DNA of 22,002 bases from a bacterium (GCA_031362565.1 JANLSU010000024.1:1-22002), one strand, 5' to 3'; shown: positions 1 through 11,387, counted from the stretch's first letter. Translations and numbers: made by a program. The notes: a model not told the origin generated them from the letters alone.

Positions 1-258
1 AGCGTGCGCTCCGAGACGGGTGACGAAGGGCGCCGCCATCCATGCAAACCCCACCGGCTTGTTGTACGAGAGACGCGAATCGGCCACCACCGGCCGCGGA
101 TCGTAGCCCGCCGCGACGACGTTCCACGCCGTATGCGCATAGACCAGGCCGTTGCGGACGAGAGGCTGGCGCCAGTCGATCGCGACACACGCCACGAGCA
201 CGGTCGCGAGCAGCCCAAAGTGGATCCACGGTCGCCGCATCAAATTCGAGCCGCTCAT
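1..258 (-). CDS. Partial (3' truncated) membrane protein, possibly ArnT/PMT-like (GT-C) glycosyltransferase
   Basis: Manual translation from ATG 258 (or 240): MRRPWIHFGLLATVLVACVAIDWRQPLVRNGLVYAHTAWNVV...YNKPVGFAWMAAPF. An N-terminal TM helix is followed by segments resembling the ArnT 'DE..YA..A' and 'Y..KPPL..W' motifs. Runs off the window edge and is not in the ORF track. Confidence 0.5.
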   Translation of the reverse strand, partial: MSGSNLMRRPWIHFGLLATVLVACVAIDWRQPLVRNGLVYAHTAWNVVAAGYDPRPVVADSRLSYNKPVGFAWMAAPFVTRLGAHA

Positions 259-379
259 CGCTTGCTCTTCGGGATTCGTGACCCTATCCAGACGCGGCGA
301 AAGATCGCCCACTTTAGCAGAACTCGTGGCCCTGCATCAACTTACACCCTCGACCCGCGGTGCGCTCTCGCACCAGACC

Positions 380-407
380 TTGACGATTTGGCCTGGTGGG
401 TAATAAT
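380..407 (+). promoter_or_regulatory. Putative sigma70-type promoter for the Met-rich gene
   Basis: TTGACG (380-385) followed by TAATAAT (401-407), spacer 15-16 nt. Confidence 0.35.
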
Positions 408-516
408 GGCGGCGTCCGCCCCGAACGGGGCCGGAACCGGAATGGCTCCAAGGGAATTCCCGCGTCCGATCCGCGGTTCTGTTCCTGGAGCCGGTTTTCT
501 AATGGAGGTTCAGTTC

Positions 517-1026
517 ATGTTCAAGAAACTCACCGCAGCGGCGTGCATGCTCACCCTTGTAGCCGGAGTCGCCTTTGCCGGCACTGCGGCAACCAAGGCT
601 GCGGGCGCAGCCGGCGCGGACCACATGGCCGCGATGAAGGCCGAAATGATGAAGTGTTCCGTGTGTAAGCACATGGCGGCGCACATGGACGAATTCGGCG
701 CGATGACGATGGAGTCGGCGCAGTTGAACGACGGCGTCGCCATGATGCACGGCGTGAAGGATCCGGCCAAGGCTGCCGCGTTTCACGCCGCCAGCAAGGA
801 AACCGAAGCCGCCGGCATGGCTTGCATGACGATGACCGACGAGCAGGCCAAGACCGACCTCTGCGCGTTCTGCCAGGACATTCGCTCGGCGATGAAGGCC
901 GGCGCCAAGATGAGCAACGGCCACACGGCCACGGGCGACATCATGGTCATGACGTCGAGCGATCCAGCGGTGCAGAAGCAGCTCACGGGCATCGCCGAGA
1001 AGTGCGCCATGATGGCGAAGATGTAA
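517..1026 (+). CDS. Secreted Met/Cys/His-rich protein with two CxxC-containing repeats (169 aa), putative metal-binding
   Basis: GGAGG RBS at 504-508 and ATG at 517. Signal peptide MFKKLTAAACMLTLVAGVAFA. 22 Met, 7 Cys, 6 His; CSVC and CAFC motifs. A terminator follows. Confidence 0.8.
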   Translation: MFKKLTAAACMLTLVAGVAFAGTAATKAAGAAGADHMAAMKAEMMKCSVCKHMAAHMDEFGAMTMESAQLNDGVAMMHGVKDPAKAAAFHAASKETEAAGMACMTMTDEQAKTDLCAFCQDIRSAMKAGAKMSNGHTATGDIMVMTSSDPAVQKQLTGIAEKCAMMAKM

Positions 1027-1057
1027 GAAGTAGAGACCGAAGCCACAAGGCCCAGGT

Positions 1058-1092
1058 AACAAGGCCCTCCCCGAGGAGGGCCTTGTTGTTTC
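1058..1092. terminator. Intrinsic terminator between convergent genes (possibly bidirectional)
   Basis: 13-bp perfect stem AACAAGGCCCTCC-ccga-GGAGGGCCTTGTT followed by GTTT, between the Met-rich gene and gyrA. Confidence 0.8.
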
Positions 1093-1121
1093 TAGCGCGA
1101 CGCGAGGGGGTTGCGCGTCGA

Positions 1122-3698
1122 TCAGGCCTCGGGACCGTCGCCGGAACCCTCGGCGCCCGCTTCGTCCGCTTCCACGCCCGGTTCGTCGCCTTCCGCCACG
1201 AGGTCGTCGCCATTTTCCGCCCCGGTGCCGGCCACCGCTTCGAGCAGTTCTTCGTCGCGCGCCACGTGCGCGATGGCGGCAACTTCGTCGCCCTCTTCGA
1301 CGCGGATGAGGCGCACGCCCTGGGTGGCGCGCCCCAACTCCGAAATCCCCGACACCGGGACGCGGATGAGCACGCCCTTCTTGGTAATGATCATCAGTTC
1401 GTCGTCACCGACGACTTCCTTGATCGCCACCAGCGGTCCGTTCTTCTCGGTCGTCTTGAGGGTCAGCACGCCCTTGGTGCCGCGCGCCGTCAAACGGTAG
1501 TCGCCGATCGGTGTGCGCTTGCCAAAGCCGTTTTCCGTGATCACCAGGATCTCGGCGTCCGGCCGTACGACCGCCACCATGCCCACGACTTCGTCGTCGT
1601 CGCCTTCCAGCTCCGCGCCGCGCACTCCGGCCGCGGTGCGGCCCATGGAGCGCACGTCGGTCTCTTTGAAGCGCACCGCCTTGCCGGCGCGTTTCGCGAG
1701 CACGATCTCGGCTTGGCCACGGGTCAAGGCCACCCCGACCAGTCCGTCGCCCTCGTGCAACCCGATGGCGATGATGCCGCCCTTGCGCGGATTGCTGAAG
1801 TCGATCAAGTCGCAGCGCTTGATGGTGCCCTTGCGAGTCGCCATCACCAAATAGCACCCTGGTTCCTTGAAGTCGCGCACCGGCACCGTGCTCGTGATGC
1901 GCTCCTGCGGCGACAACTGCAGCAAATTGACGATCGCCTTGCCGCGTGCAGTCCGCCCGGCCAGCGGCAGTTCGTGCACCTTCACCCAGTAACAGCGGCC
2001 ACGATTGGAAAAGAACAACAAGTAACTATGCGTCGAGGCAATGAAGATCTGTTCGACGAAGTCTTCCTCTTGGCCGCCGAATCCCATCACCCCGCGGCCG
2101 CCGCGCCGCTGCCGCCGGTAGGTCCCCGACGGCAGGCGCTTGATGTAGCCGTTGTGCGAGATGGTGATGACCATCGGTTCGTCGGCGATCAAGTCCTCGA
2201 CTTCGAACTCGCCGGTGGCATCGATGATCTGCGTCCGCCGGGCATCGCCATATTTGTCGCGCAGCGCCGTGATCTCGGTGCGGATGATGTCGATGACCAT
2301 CCCCGGGCTGGCGAGAATCGCCCGCAGGCGTTCGATGAGCTGTATCGTCTCGCGGTACTCGGCCTCGACCTTGTCGCGCTCGAGCCCGGTCAAACGCTGC
2401 AGGCGCATTTCGAGAATCGCCTGGGACTGCAGCTCCGAGAGCCCGAATCGTTCCTGCATCTTCGCCGACGCTTCGGCCGCGTCAGCGGCAGCGCGAATGA
2501 GCTTCACCAGCTCGTCGATGTTGTCGAGGGCGATGCGGTAGCCCTCGAGGATATGGGCGCGCTTCTCCGCCTTGTCGAGGTCGAAGCGCGTCCGGCGCAC
2601 CACGACATCCTTGCGGTGCTGGATGTAGTGGTTGACCAGCTCCAGCAGGTTCACCGTTTTCGGCCGGTTGTTGACCAGCGCGAGCATGTTGACGCCGAAC
2701 GTCTGCTGCATCTGCGTGTGGTGGAAGAGCTTGTTGAGGATGACGCGCGAGTTGGCGTCGCGCTTCAATTCGATGACGACGCGCATGCCGCGGCGGTCGG
2801 ACTCGTCGCGCAGGTCCGAAATGCCTTCCAGGTTGCCTTCCTTCACCAAGTCGGCGATGCGTTCGATCATCGTCGCCTTGTTCACCTGGTACGGAATCTC
2901 GCTGACAACGATGCGTTCGCGCTCGGTCTTGGCGTCGGTTTCGATTTCGGCCACGGCGCGCACCACCAGGCGCCCGCGCCCGGTGCGATGCGCTTCCTTG
3001 ATGCCCGTGCGCCCATAAATGATGCCGCCGGTCGGGAAGTCCGGCCCCGGCACGAACTTCATCAAGCGCTCGATGTCCATCGTCGGATCGTCGAGGGTCG
3101 CAATGATGGCGTTGCTGATCTCGGTCAAGTTGTGCGGCGGAATGTTCGTCGCCATGCCGACCGCGATGCCGGAAGAGCCGTTGACGAGCAAGTTCGGCAC
3201 CACTGCCGGCAGCACCAGCGGCATGGTGCGCGAATTGTCATAGTTGGGCCCGAAGTCGACGGTTTCCTTGTCGAGGTCGGCCAGCATTTCCCCGGCGATG
3301 GGGCTCATGCGCGCTTCGGTATAACGTTCGGCGGCCGGCGGATCGCCGTCCACCGATCCGAAGTTCCCCTGTCCGTCGATGAGCGGGTAGCGCAGCGAGA
3401 AGCCCTGCGCCATGCGCGCCAGCGTGTCGTACACCGCCGCCGTACCGTGCGGATGGTAGTTGGCGGTGACGTCGCCGGTGATCTTGGCGCACTTACGGTA
3501 CGGCCGGTCGTTGTAGAGGTTCAGGTCGTGCATGGCGGCCAGAATGCGGCGGTGCACGGGCTTCAACCCGTCCCGCACATCCGGCAACGCCCGCGAGATG
3601 ATCACGCTCATGGAGTAATCGAGGTACGAGGTTTTCATCTCGTCTTCGATGTACACCGGGATGATCTTTTCCAACGACCGGTCCGGCGTGTCCGCCAT
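1122..3698 (-). CDS. gyrA: DNA gyrase subunit A
   Basis: [21 protein letters not shown], catalytic RYTE, GyrA-box QRRGGRG, beta-pinwheel repeats and acidic tail; follows gyrB. Confidence 0.98.
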   Translation of the reverse strand: MADTPDRSLEKIIPVYIEDEMKTSYLDYSMSVIISRALPDVRDGLKPVHRRILAAMHDLNLYNDRPYRKCAKITGDVTANYHPHGTAAVYDTLARMAQGFSLRYPLIDGQGNFGSVDGDPPAAERYTEARMSPIAGEMLADLDKETVDFGPNYDNSRTMPLVLPAVVPNLLVNGSSGIAVGMATNIPPHNLTEISNAIIATLDDPTMDIERLMKFVPGPDFPTGGIIYGRTGIKEAHRTGRGRLVVRAVAEIETDAKTERERIVVSEIPYQVNKATMIERIADLVKEGNLEGISDLRDESDRRGMRVVIELKRDANSRVILNKLFHHTQMQQTFGVNMLALVNNRPKTVNLLELVNHYIQHRKDVVVRRTRFDLDKAEKRAHILEGYRIALDNIDELVKLIRAAADAAEASAKMQERFGLSELQSQAILEMRLQRLTGLERDKVEAEYRETIQLIERLRAILASPGMVIDIIRTEITALRDKYGDARRTQIIDATGEFEVEDLIADEPMVITISHNGYIKRLPSGTYRRQRRGGRGVMGFGGQEEDFVEQIFIASTHSYLLFFSNRGRCYWVKVHELPLAGRTARGKAIVNLLQLSPQERITSTVPVRDFKEPGCYLVMATRKGTIKRCDLIDFSNPRKGGIIAIGLHEGDGLVGVALTRGQAEIVLAKRAGKAVRFKETDVRSMGRTAAGVRGAELEGDDDEVVGMVAVVRPDAEILVITENGFGKRTPIGDYRLTARGTKGVLTLKTTEKNGPLVAIKEVVGDDELMIITKKGVLIRVPVSGISELGRATQGVRLIRVEEGDEVAAIAHVARDEELLEAVAGTGAENGDDLVAEGDEPGVEADEAGAEGSGDGPEA

Positions 3699-3774
3699 TC
3701 GTCACCCTTTCACAGTCCGCCGCCAAGCGGCGAATTCGTATTCGATGTGGCACATGCGCCTTGGCGCTGCCGCC

Positions 3775-6049
<2,275 letters not shown>

Positions 6050-6053
<4 letters not shown>

Positions 6054-7201
6054 GACTCCCGATGCAGCACGCCGGCTTCGACGCGGAACACCGCGTCGCC
6101 TTGTCCCAACGATGCGTCGCTGCGACGCGGCACCGCCAAGAACGTCTGATGGCGCTCGCAGACCACCGCCCAAAGCGCACTGGCGCGGTGCTCGTCCAAC
6201 TCCGCGAACACGTCGTCCAAGACCACGATCGGCCGGTCGCCGCGCTCCGCGCCTACGAAACCGGCCTGGGCCATCTTGAGCGCGATCGCTGCCGCGCGGC
6301 ACTGGCCCTGCGATCCGAAGCGGCGCAAGTCGCGCCCCTCGAGCGTCATCTCGACGTCGTCGCGGTGCGGTCCTACGAGACTCTGCCCGCGGGCCCATTC
6401 CGCTGCCCGTCGCTCGCGCACCCGATCCCGAAACGCCGCCGCGACGCGGCCTTCGCTCAAGTCGGTTTGCAGCGCGCCGAGTTCCGTTTCGGCGTCGTAA
6501 CTGCGGCCCGTGGCATGCACCGCGTAACGCAGGCCGAGCCGCAATCCCGATCCAAGGCTCGCGAACGCTTCCTGCGCCCGTGGCGCGAGCGCGGCGAGCG
6601 CATGACTGCGACGCCCGATCACCGCAACTCCGAGCCGCACCTGCTCTTCGTCCCAGGCCGCGAGGCCGCGCTCGATATCCGTGCCGCCCAGCCGCCCATC
6701 GCGCAGCACCGCGGCCCGCTGTTGCACCACCCGCCGGTAATCCGACAATTCCTGCAAGCCCGCACGGCTCGTCTCGGCGATCGCGTAGTCCACGTACCGC
6801 CGGCGCAGTTGCGGCGCACCGCGCGCCAGCTCCGTGTCCTCCGGGCCAAACGAAACGCAGGCCAGCGAGCCCATCAAATCCGACAGGCGCGCAACCGGCC
6901 GCGAGTCGACCTTGATGCGTTTGGACCGTGGAGGCGTGAACCCGGCTTCGATGCTGAGGGCCTGCCCACCGTCCTCCTGCCCCACCCCTCGCACGTAGAA
7001 GTGACCGCCGCCAAATCGGACGATCTCGTCATCGCGCGACCCGCGGTGCGATCGACCCAGGGCCAGGTACTGCACCGCTTCGAGCCAATTCGTCTTGCCC
7101 TGTCCGTTGCCACCGACCAAAACGTTCACGCGCGGCGACAACTCCACGTCGGCGTCCGCGAGATTCCGCCACTGCACGGTGCGCAGCGTCGTGAGGTACA
7201 A
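6050..7201 (-). CDS. recF: DNA replication and repair protein RecF
   Basis: Walker A GGNGQGKTN, GPHRDD, GSQGQ, LDDVFAELD. TTG start at 7201 with AGGAGG RBS. Confidence 0.95.
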
Positions 7202-7223
7202 CGCCCTCCTCGATCCCAAGCCC

Positions 7224-8333
7224 TCAGTCGGAGAGCCGCAGCGGCATGAGCAGGCAGAAGAATTCTTCGCCTTCCTGCTCCGGCACGGGACTCACGACCG
7301 CGGCGTTCTCCGGCCGGTCGAGTGCGAATTGAACATCGCTCGTGCCGGTTGCTTTCAGGATGTCGAGGAGATAGTTGGCGTTGAACCCGATGTCCATCTC
7401 GGGGCCGGCGTAGGCAGCCACGACTTCTTCCTCGGCCTGGCCCAGGTCCGGCGTCGACACGCTGAGCGTCACGGCGTCCGAGCGCACTCCAAACTTGATC
7501 TGGTGCGTCAGGGAGTTGGCAAGAATCGCCACGCGCTTTGTGGCTTGCCCGAGCGCGTCGCGCTCCACCGTCAGCTTGTTCTTGTTGCCCGCCGGAATCA
7601 CCGGCCGGTAATTCGGGAAGGGTCCTTCGAGCAAGCGCGAGTGCACGAACGTGCTGCCCAAGTCGAACATGATGTAGCTGGCGCTTACCGCGATGCGCAC
7701 GTTGCCGTCATCCGGAGTGACGCGCTGAATCTGCTGCAGCGCCTTCCCCGGCACGATGACTTCCTTGATGTCGCCGACCGGGACTTTTTCGTTGCGCACG
7801 GTCTTGGCGAGCCGGTGTCCGTCGGTGGCGACCATGGCGAATTTGGCTTTTTCGAATTCCCACAACACGCCGGTCAGCGCCAGCCGGCTCAAATCCTGCG
7901 ACACGGCATGCAGCACGCGTTCGATCATTTGATTCAGGTTTTCGGCCGCGACCGTGAAACCCTTGTCGGACATGCGGTCGGTGACCTTTGGAAACTCTTC
8001 GGGATCCGCGCCGGTGATCTTGAAATCACTCTTGCCGCATTGAATACGCACCGCGTTGTTCTTGACCGTGATCTTCACGTCGAGCGACGGTAGTGAACGA
8101 ATAATTTCACCGATGCGCTTCGCCGGCACACACGCCTTGCCGGGCTCTTCGACCTTGGCCGGCAGTGTCGTGGTCATCGACAAATCGAGGTCGGTCGCCG
8201 TCAGCTTGAGTTCGTTACCCTCGGCTGTGAACAGAATGTTCGACAGAACAGAGAGCGTAGTCTTGGTGGGAACCACGGCGCTCACGGCTTGGAGCTTCTG
8301 GCTCAGCCGGGCCTGGTCCACGACGATCTTCAC
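7224..8333 (-). CDS. dnaN: DNA polymerase III beta sliding clamp
   Basis: ATDLD, VATDGHRL, SRLLEGPFPNY, IGFNANYLLD, LLMPLRL. GTG start at 8333 with GGGAGG RBS. Confidence 0.97.
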   Translation of the reverse strand: MKIVVDQARLSQKLQAVSAVVPTKTTLSVLSNILFTAEGNELKLTATDLDLSMTTTLPAKVEEPGKACVPAKRIGEIIRSLPSLDVKITVKNNAVRIQCGKSDFKITGADPEEFPKVTDRMSDKGFTVAAENLNQMIERVLHAVSQDLSRLALTGVLWEFEKAKFAMVATDGHRLAKTVRNEKVPVGDIKEVIVPGKALQQIQRVTPDDGNVRIAVSASYIMFDLGSTFVHSRLLEGPFPNYRPVIPAGNKNKLTVERDALGQATKRVAILANSLTHQIKFGVRSDAVTLSVSTPDLGQAEEEVVAAYAGPEMDIGFNANYLLDILKATGTSDVQFALDRPENAAVVSPVPEQEGEEFFCLLMPLRLSD

Positions 8334-8737
8334 GGACGACCTCCCTCTAGGGCTCACGAATTCAGTTTCGTCCAGCGTCGGAGACACAAGCTCGCGACCG
8401 CTCGCGGATCAATGCACGACCGGAGCCTTCGACCACTGCTCGCATCTCGCTTGAGCGCGGGACATGCCAGCCGCGGTTCCAACCGCCCTCATGGGACCGA
8501 ACCGTGGGTTCGCCGAAGAGGCACAGGAGGGAAACCAACGGGCAGACCAGGAGGCTCTCGGATCCTTAGGTTTCCTTGTCTCGGATGGTACAGAGCGGTG
8601 CCTGGAGGCGCAAGCGAAAACTCGCCAAGGTGGACGCGCTAAACACTTGGACGGATTGAAGTTGCACAGTGCACCTTCCGGGATCTGGAGGGCTGTCCCA
8701 AGGCCTCGTTCGGGGCGCGCCCGAGAGCCTGTCTTCC

Positions 8738-9010
8738 GAAAGAAAGAAAGTGTAGTAGCGGCAGTAGGCATGGGGATTCTGGGGAGGAAGAGTGGCGCGC
8801 CACACGCCAACTCGCGCTCCGACCGCCGCCCCAAGCCGCGCTCTTCGCGTCGCGCCCGATGTGGATGGGGCGCAAGGTTATGCACTTTCCGTCGACACGG
8901 CGGTGTGAAAGTGGAAGACAGTCGACGCTCGCGCACGCTTATCAACGCCGGTTGTCCACGCCACTGCCCCACGGGTGACCACTACACGGGCGCTCCCGGG
9001 TTTTTGCACG
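8738..9010 (-). other. Replication origin oriC, unwinding part: DnaA boxes, DnaA-trios and a short T-rich tract
   Basis: Minus strand reads TCCTCCCCA-GAATCCCCA-TGC-CTA CTG CCG CTA CTA-CA-CTTTCTTTCTTTC (8788-8738). Further degenerate DnaA boxes at 8860-8868, 8878-8886, 8939-8947 (TTATCAACG), 8952-8960 (TTGTCCACG) and 9002-9010. Lies between dnaA and dnaN. Confidence 0.75.
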
Positions 9011-9403
9011 CTAGCAGCGCCACGGCGGCCCTTCGCCCTTCGCCGCGACGTGGAAGGCGGTCTCGCCGTGTTCTTCGCACACCTGAAAGTGGTCCACGAG
9101 CCGCAGATCGCTCCGGAAATACCGGCGCTTGCGCCGAATCATTGCCTCGACGATATCGCGTGGCGCGCGTTGTTTCGCAATGCATTGCTGCCGGACTTGG
9201 ACGACGTGTTGGTCGCTCTCCTCTTGGGAGTCGAGGACGCAGGCATTCCAGATGTCGACCGCAATTCCCATCGCCTTCCGCAGCTCCGCCGTCGAAAACT
9301 CCGGTCCGACGAAGGGAGCGAGGAACTCCCACGCCGCCTGGGTGATTTTGATCGTGGCACCGTGCGCCTCTGAACCAGGGAATTCGTCATCGTCGTAATC
9401 CAC
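9011..9403 (-). CDS. Hypothetical protein (130 aa) inserted between dnaA and oriC/dnaN
   Basis: Co-oriented with dnaA and of globular composition (KITQAAWEFLAP...IAVDIWNACV...MIRRKRRYFRSDLRLV). GTG start without a clear RBS, so the start is uncertain. Confidence 0.7.
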   Translation of the reverse strand: MDYDDDEFPGSEAHGATIKITQAAWEFLAPFVGPEFSTAELRKAMGIAVDIWNACVLDSQEESDQHVVQVRQQCIAKQRAPRDIVEAMIRRKRRYFRSDLRLVDHFQVCEEHGETAFHVAAKGEGPPWRC

Positions 9404-9451
9404 GCCAAAAGCAAGCCCCCGGGCGGGCCGATGGCGGCGCGCTCCAGAAAA

Positions 9452-9469
9452 TCGTCAAAGATTTCACAA
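9452..9469. promoter_or_regulatory. Degenerate Rex-type operator
   Basis: TCGTCAA-agat-TTCACAA matches 12/14 conserved positions of TTGTGAA-N4-TTCACAA and overlaps a minus-strand TTGACG hexamer. Confidence 0.4.
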
Positions 9470-9490
9470 ACCTCTGCGAGCGCACCAACG

Positions 9491-9520
9491 AGAAGGCCGG
9501 CCTTTTCCAAAAGGCCGGCC
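9491..9520 (-). terminator. Terminator-like hairpin downstream of dnaA
   Basis: GGCCGGCCTTTT-cc-AAAAGGCCGGCC (9495-9520), about 35 nt after the dnaA stop; short TTCT tail on the minus strand. Confidence 0.55.
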
Positions 9521-9553
9521 CCCCGACTGGAAGTTGCTGCAAGGTGGTAAGGC

Positions 9554-10930
9554 TTAGAACAGCAACGTCCGACGCATACGATCCAAGCGTTCTTGGAGCG
9601 CAGCGTCCTGGCGGGCCGCACCGGCGATCTTCCCATAGGCGTGGAGAATCGTCGTGTGATCGCGCCCGCCAAACCGTTTGCCAATCTCGACGAGTGGCAA
9701 CTGAGTCAACTCACGAGTCAGATAAATCGCGACCTGGCGCGGGAAAGTGATCTTGGCCATCCGGGTCTTCGACTTCATGCCTTCGATGCCGATGCCGAAT
9801 TCGCTCGCCACCAGCTTTTGAATCTGATGCACGCGCACGTCGCGTCGCTGCGGCCGCAAGAACTCCTGCAACGCCTCTTCGGCGGTCTGCAGATTGAGCG
9901 GCTGGCCGGTCAGGCTCGAGAATGCGATGAGCCGAATGAGCGACCCCTCGAGTTCGCGAATGTTGCTGGTGACGCTGCGGGCAATCCGCTGCAGGACTTC
10001 ATCCGGAATCGGGGTGCGCTCGTTTTCGACCTTGCGGCGCAAGATGGCGACTCGGGTTTCGAAGTCCGGTGCCGCGAGGTCGGTGATCAGACCCGACTCG
10101 AAGCGCGACAGGAGGCGCTCTTCGAGTGCGTCGATTTCTTTCGGCGGCCGGTCGCACGCGACGACGATCTGCTTGCGCGCCGCGTACAGGTGGTTGAACG
10201 TGTGGAAGAACTCTTCCTGCGTGCCACCCTTGCCCGACAGAAACTGCACGTCGTCGACCAGCAGCACATCCACCGACCGGTAACGATTCCGGAACTCAAA
10301 GGTCTTGCCCTGGCGGATGGCCCAGATCATATCGTTCATGAACGCTTCGGACGAAACGTACGAAACGCGCAAGCCCAGCGCCTCACGTACGAAACGTCCA
10401 ATCGCATGCATGAGGTGCGTCTTGCCGAGCCCCACCCCGCCGTACAAGAAGAGCGGGTTGTAGACCCGGCCGGGCTTCTCGCTGACCGCCATACAAGCGG
10501 CGTGCGCGAGGCGCGAATTGGGACCGACGACGAACTCCGCGAACGTGTAGCGCGGGTTCAGTCCGTCCGGCTCCGAATTCGTTTCGGGCGCCGGCGCCGG
10601 CCGTGCGGGACGGTCGGGAGTGCGGACGATACGCTCCGCTCCCTCGCCGCCCATGGCGACCGCGAAGCGGATGAGTGGCCGGCGACCCAGAACCTGTTCG
10701 ACTGCCTCTTCGAGCGCGTTCAGGTGGTGCTCCTCGAGCCAATCCACGAAAAACTGGTTCGGACCCTCGACGACGATTTCCCCCTCGCCGACGGCGGCGA
10801 GGCGCGTAGGTTCGAACCAAGTGGAATAGCTTTGCGGATGCACCAGCACCCGAAGGCGTTCGAGGACGGAGTTCCACAGCTCCGCGGGCGAAGGCCCTTG
10901 CGGCAGTGGTTCGTTCTCGACGTATGACAC
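9554..10930 (-). CDS. dnaA: Chromosomal replication initiator DnaA
   Basis: LNPRYTF, YNPLFLYGGVGLGKTHL, DDVQFL, QEEFFHTFN, SNIRELEG, GGRDHTTILHA. GTG start at 10930 with GGGAG RBS, giving 458 aa. Confidence 0.97.
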   Translation of the reverse strand: MSYVENEPLPQGPSPAELWNSVLERLRVLVHPQSYSTWFEPTRLAAVGEGEIVVEGPNQFFVDWLEEHHLNALEEAVEQVLGRRPLIRFAVAMGGEGAERIVRTPDRPARPAPAPETNSEPDGLNPRYTFAEFVVGPNSRLAHAACMAVSEKPGRVYNPLFLYGGVGLGKTHLMHAIGRFVREALGLRVSYVSSEAFMNDMIWAIRQGKTFEFRNRYRSVDVLLVDDVQFLSGKGGTQEEFFHTFNHLYAARKQIVVACDRPPKEIDALEERLLSRFESGLITDLAAPDFETRVAILRRKVENERTPIPDEVLQRIARSVTSNIRELEGSLIRLIAFSSLTGQPLNLQTAEEALQEFLRPQRRDVRVHQIQKLVASEFGIGIEGMKSKTRMAKITFPRQVAIYLTRELTQLPLVEIGKRFGGRDHTTILHAYGKIAGAARQDAALQERLDRMRRTLLF

Positions 10931-10970
10931 CGGCGGCGTCTCCCATTCCAGGACCGACAGCCCGACCGGG

Positions 10971-11085
10971 CGATCCACCGAAGCCCCAAAGTTCAAATTC
11001 TTGACATCTGTTGAAAACGGCATAATTCGATGTCCCAGAACGCTTTGCTTGTTGCGGCCCGGGGCGATATCCACACGGTGGAAAG
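10971..11085. promoter_or_regulatory. DnaA boxes in the dnaA leader (autoregulation or upstream origin half)
   Basis: ATATCCACA (11067-11075) with an oppositely oriented CTTTCCACC (11085-11077). Weaker TTTTCAACA (11018-11010) and CGATCCACC (10971-10979). Confidence 0.6.
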
Positions 11086-11188
11086 ACGCCTCGGGTGGCC
11101 CCGAACGGAACCCCCGGAAAAAGAATGTAACTCGTTGCGAAACAAGGACTTGCAGCTTTAAAACCGGCCAGTCCCCGCAGCGCACGGC

Positions 11189-11217
11189 AGTCTAGCAAAA
11201 GCCCTCCGGCCTCGCAA
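11189..11217 (-). promoter_or_regulatory. Putative dnaA promoter
   Basis: Minus strand TTGCGA-N17-TAGACT with an extended -10 TG (TGcTAGACT). Confidence 0.6.
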
Positions 11218-11358
11218 GGGCGTTGTCTCGGCTGGACAAGAATCTGTAACCCAAAGCAAACAAACGGGATGGTTGAAGCATCCGCGCGGCGTTAAAATAT
11301 TTGTCGCCGGGGCGGCCGCACGCCGCACGCCGGCCTCGCTGCAGCATGCGCGCTGTCC

Positions 11359-11387
11359 TTGACAGGCGTGGACGCCGCCGCTAGCCT
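11359..11387 (+). promoter_or_regulatory. Putative rpmH operon promoter
   Basis: TTGACA-N17-TAGCCT. Confidence 0.7.

Noticed and set aside
4..516. N-terminal extension of the 340-aa ORF
   Set aside because: It overlaps a more plausible minus-strand gene; the RBS and signal peptide place the start at 517.
655..672. c-type cytochrome call from CSVCKH
   Set aside because: The spacing is CxxCxH rather than CxxCH, and the second CxxC has no His.
8409..9345. ORFs crossing the origin (8464-9345 plus, 8409-8972 minus)
   Set aside because: Arg/Pro/Ser-rich non-globular translations overlapping DnaA boxes and trios.
11001..11026. Plus-strand TTGACA...CATAAT promoter
   Set aside because: The spacer is only 14 nt.
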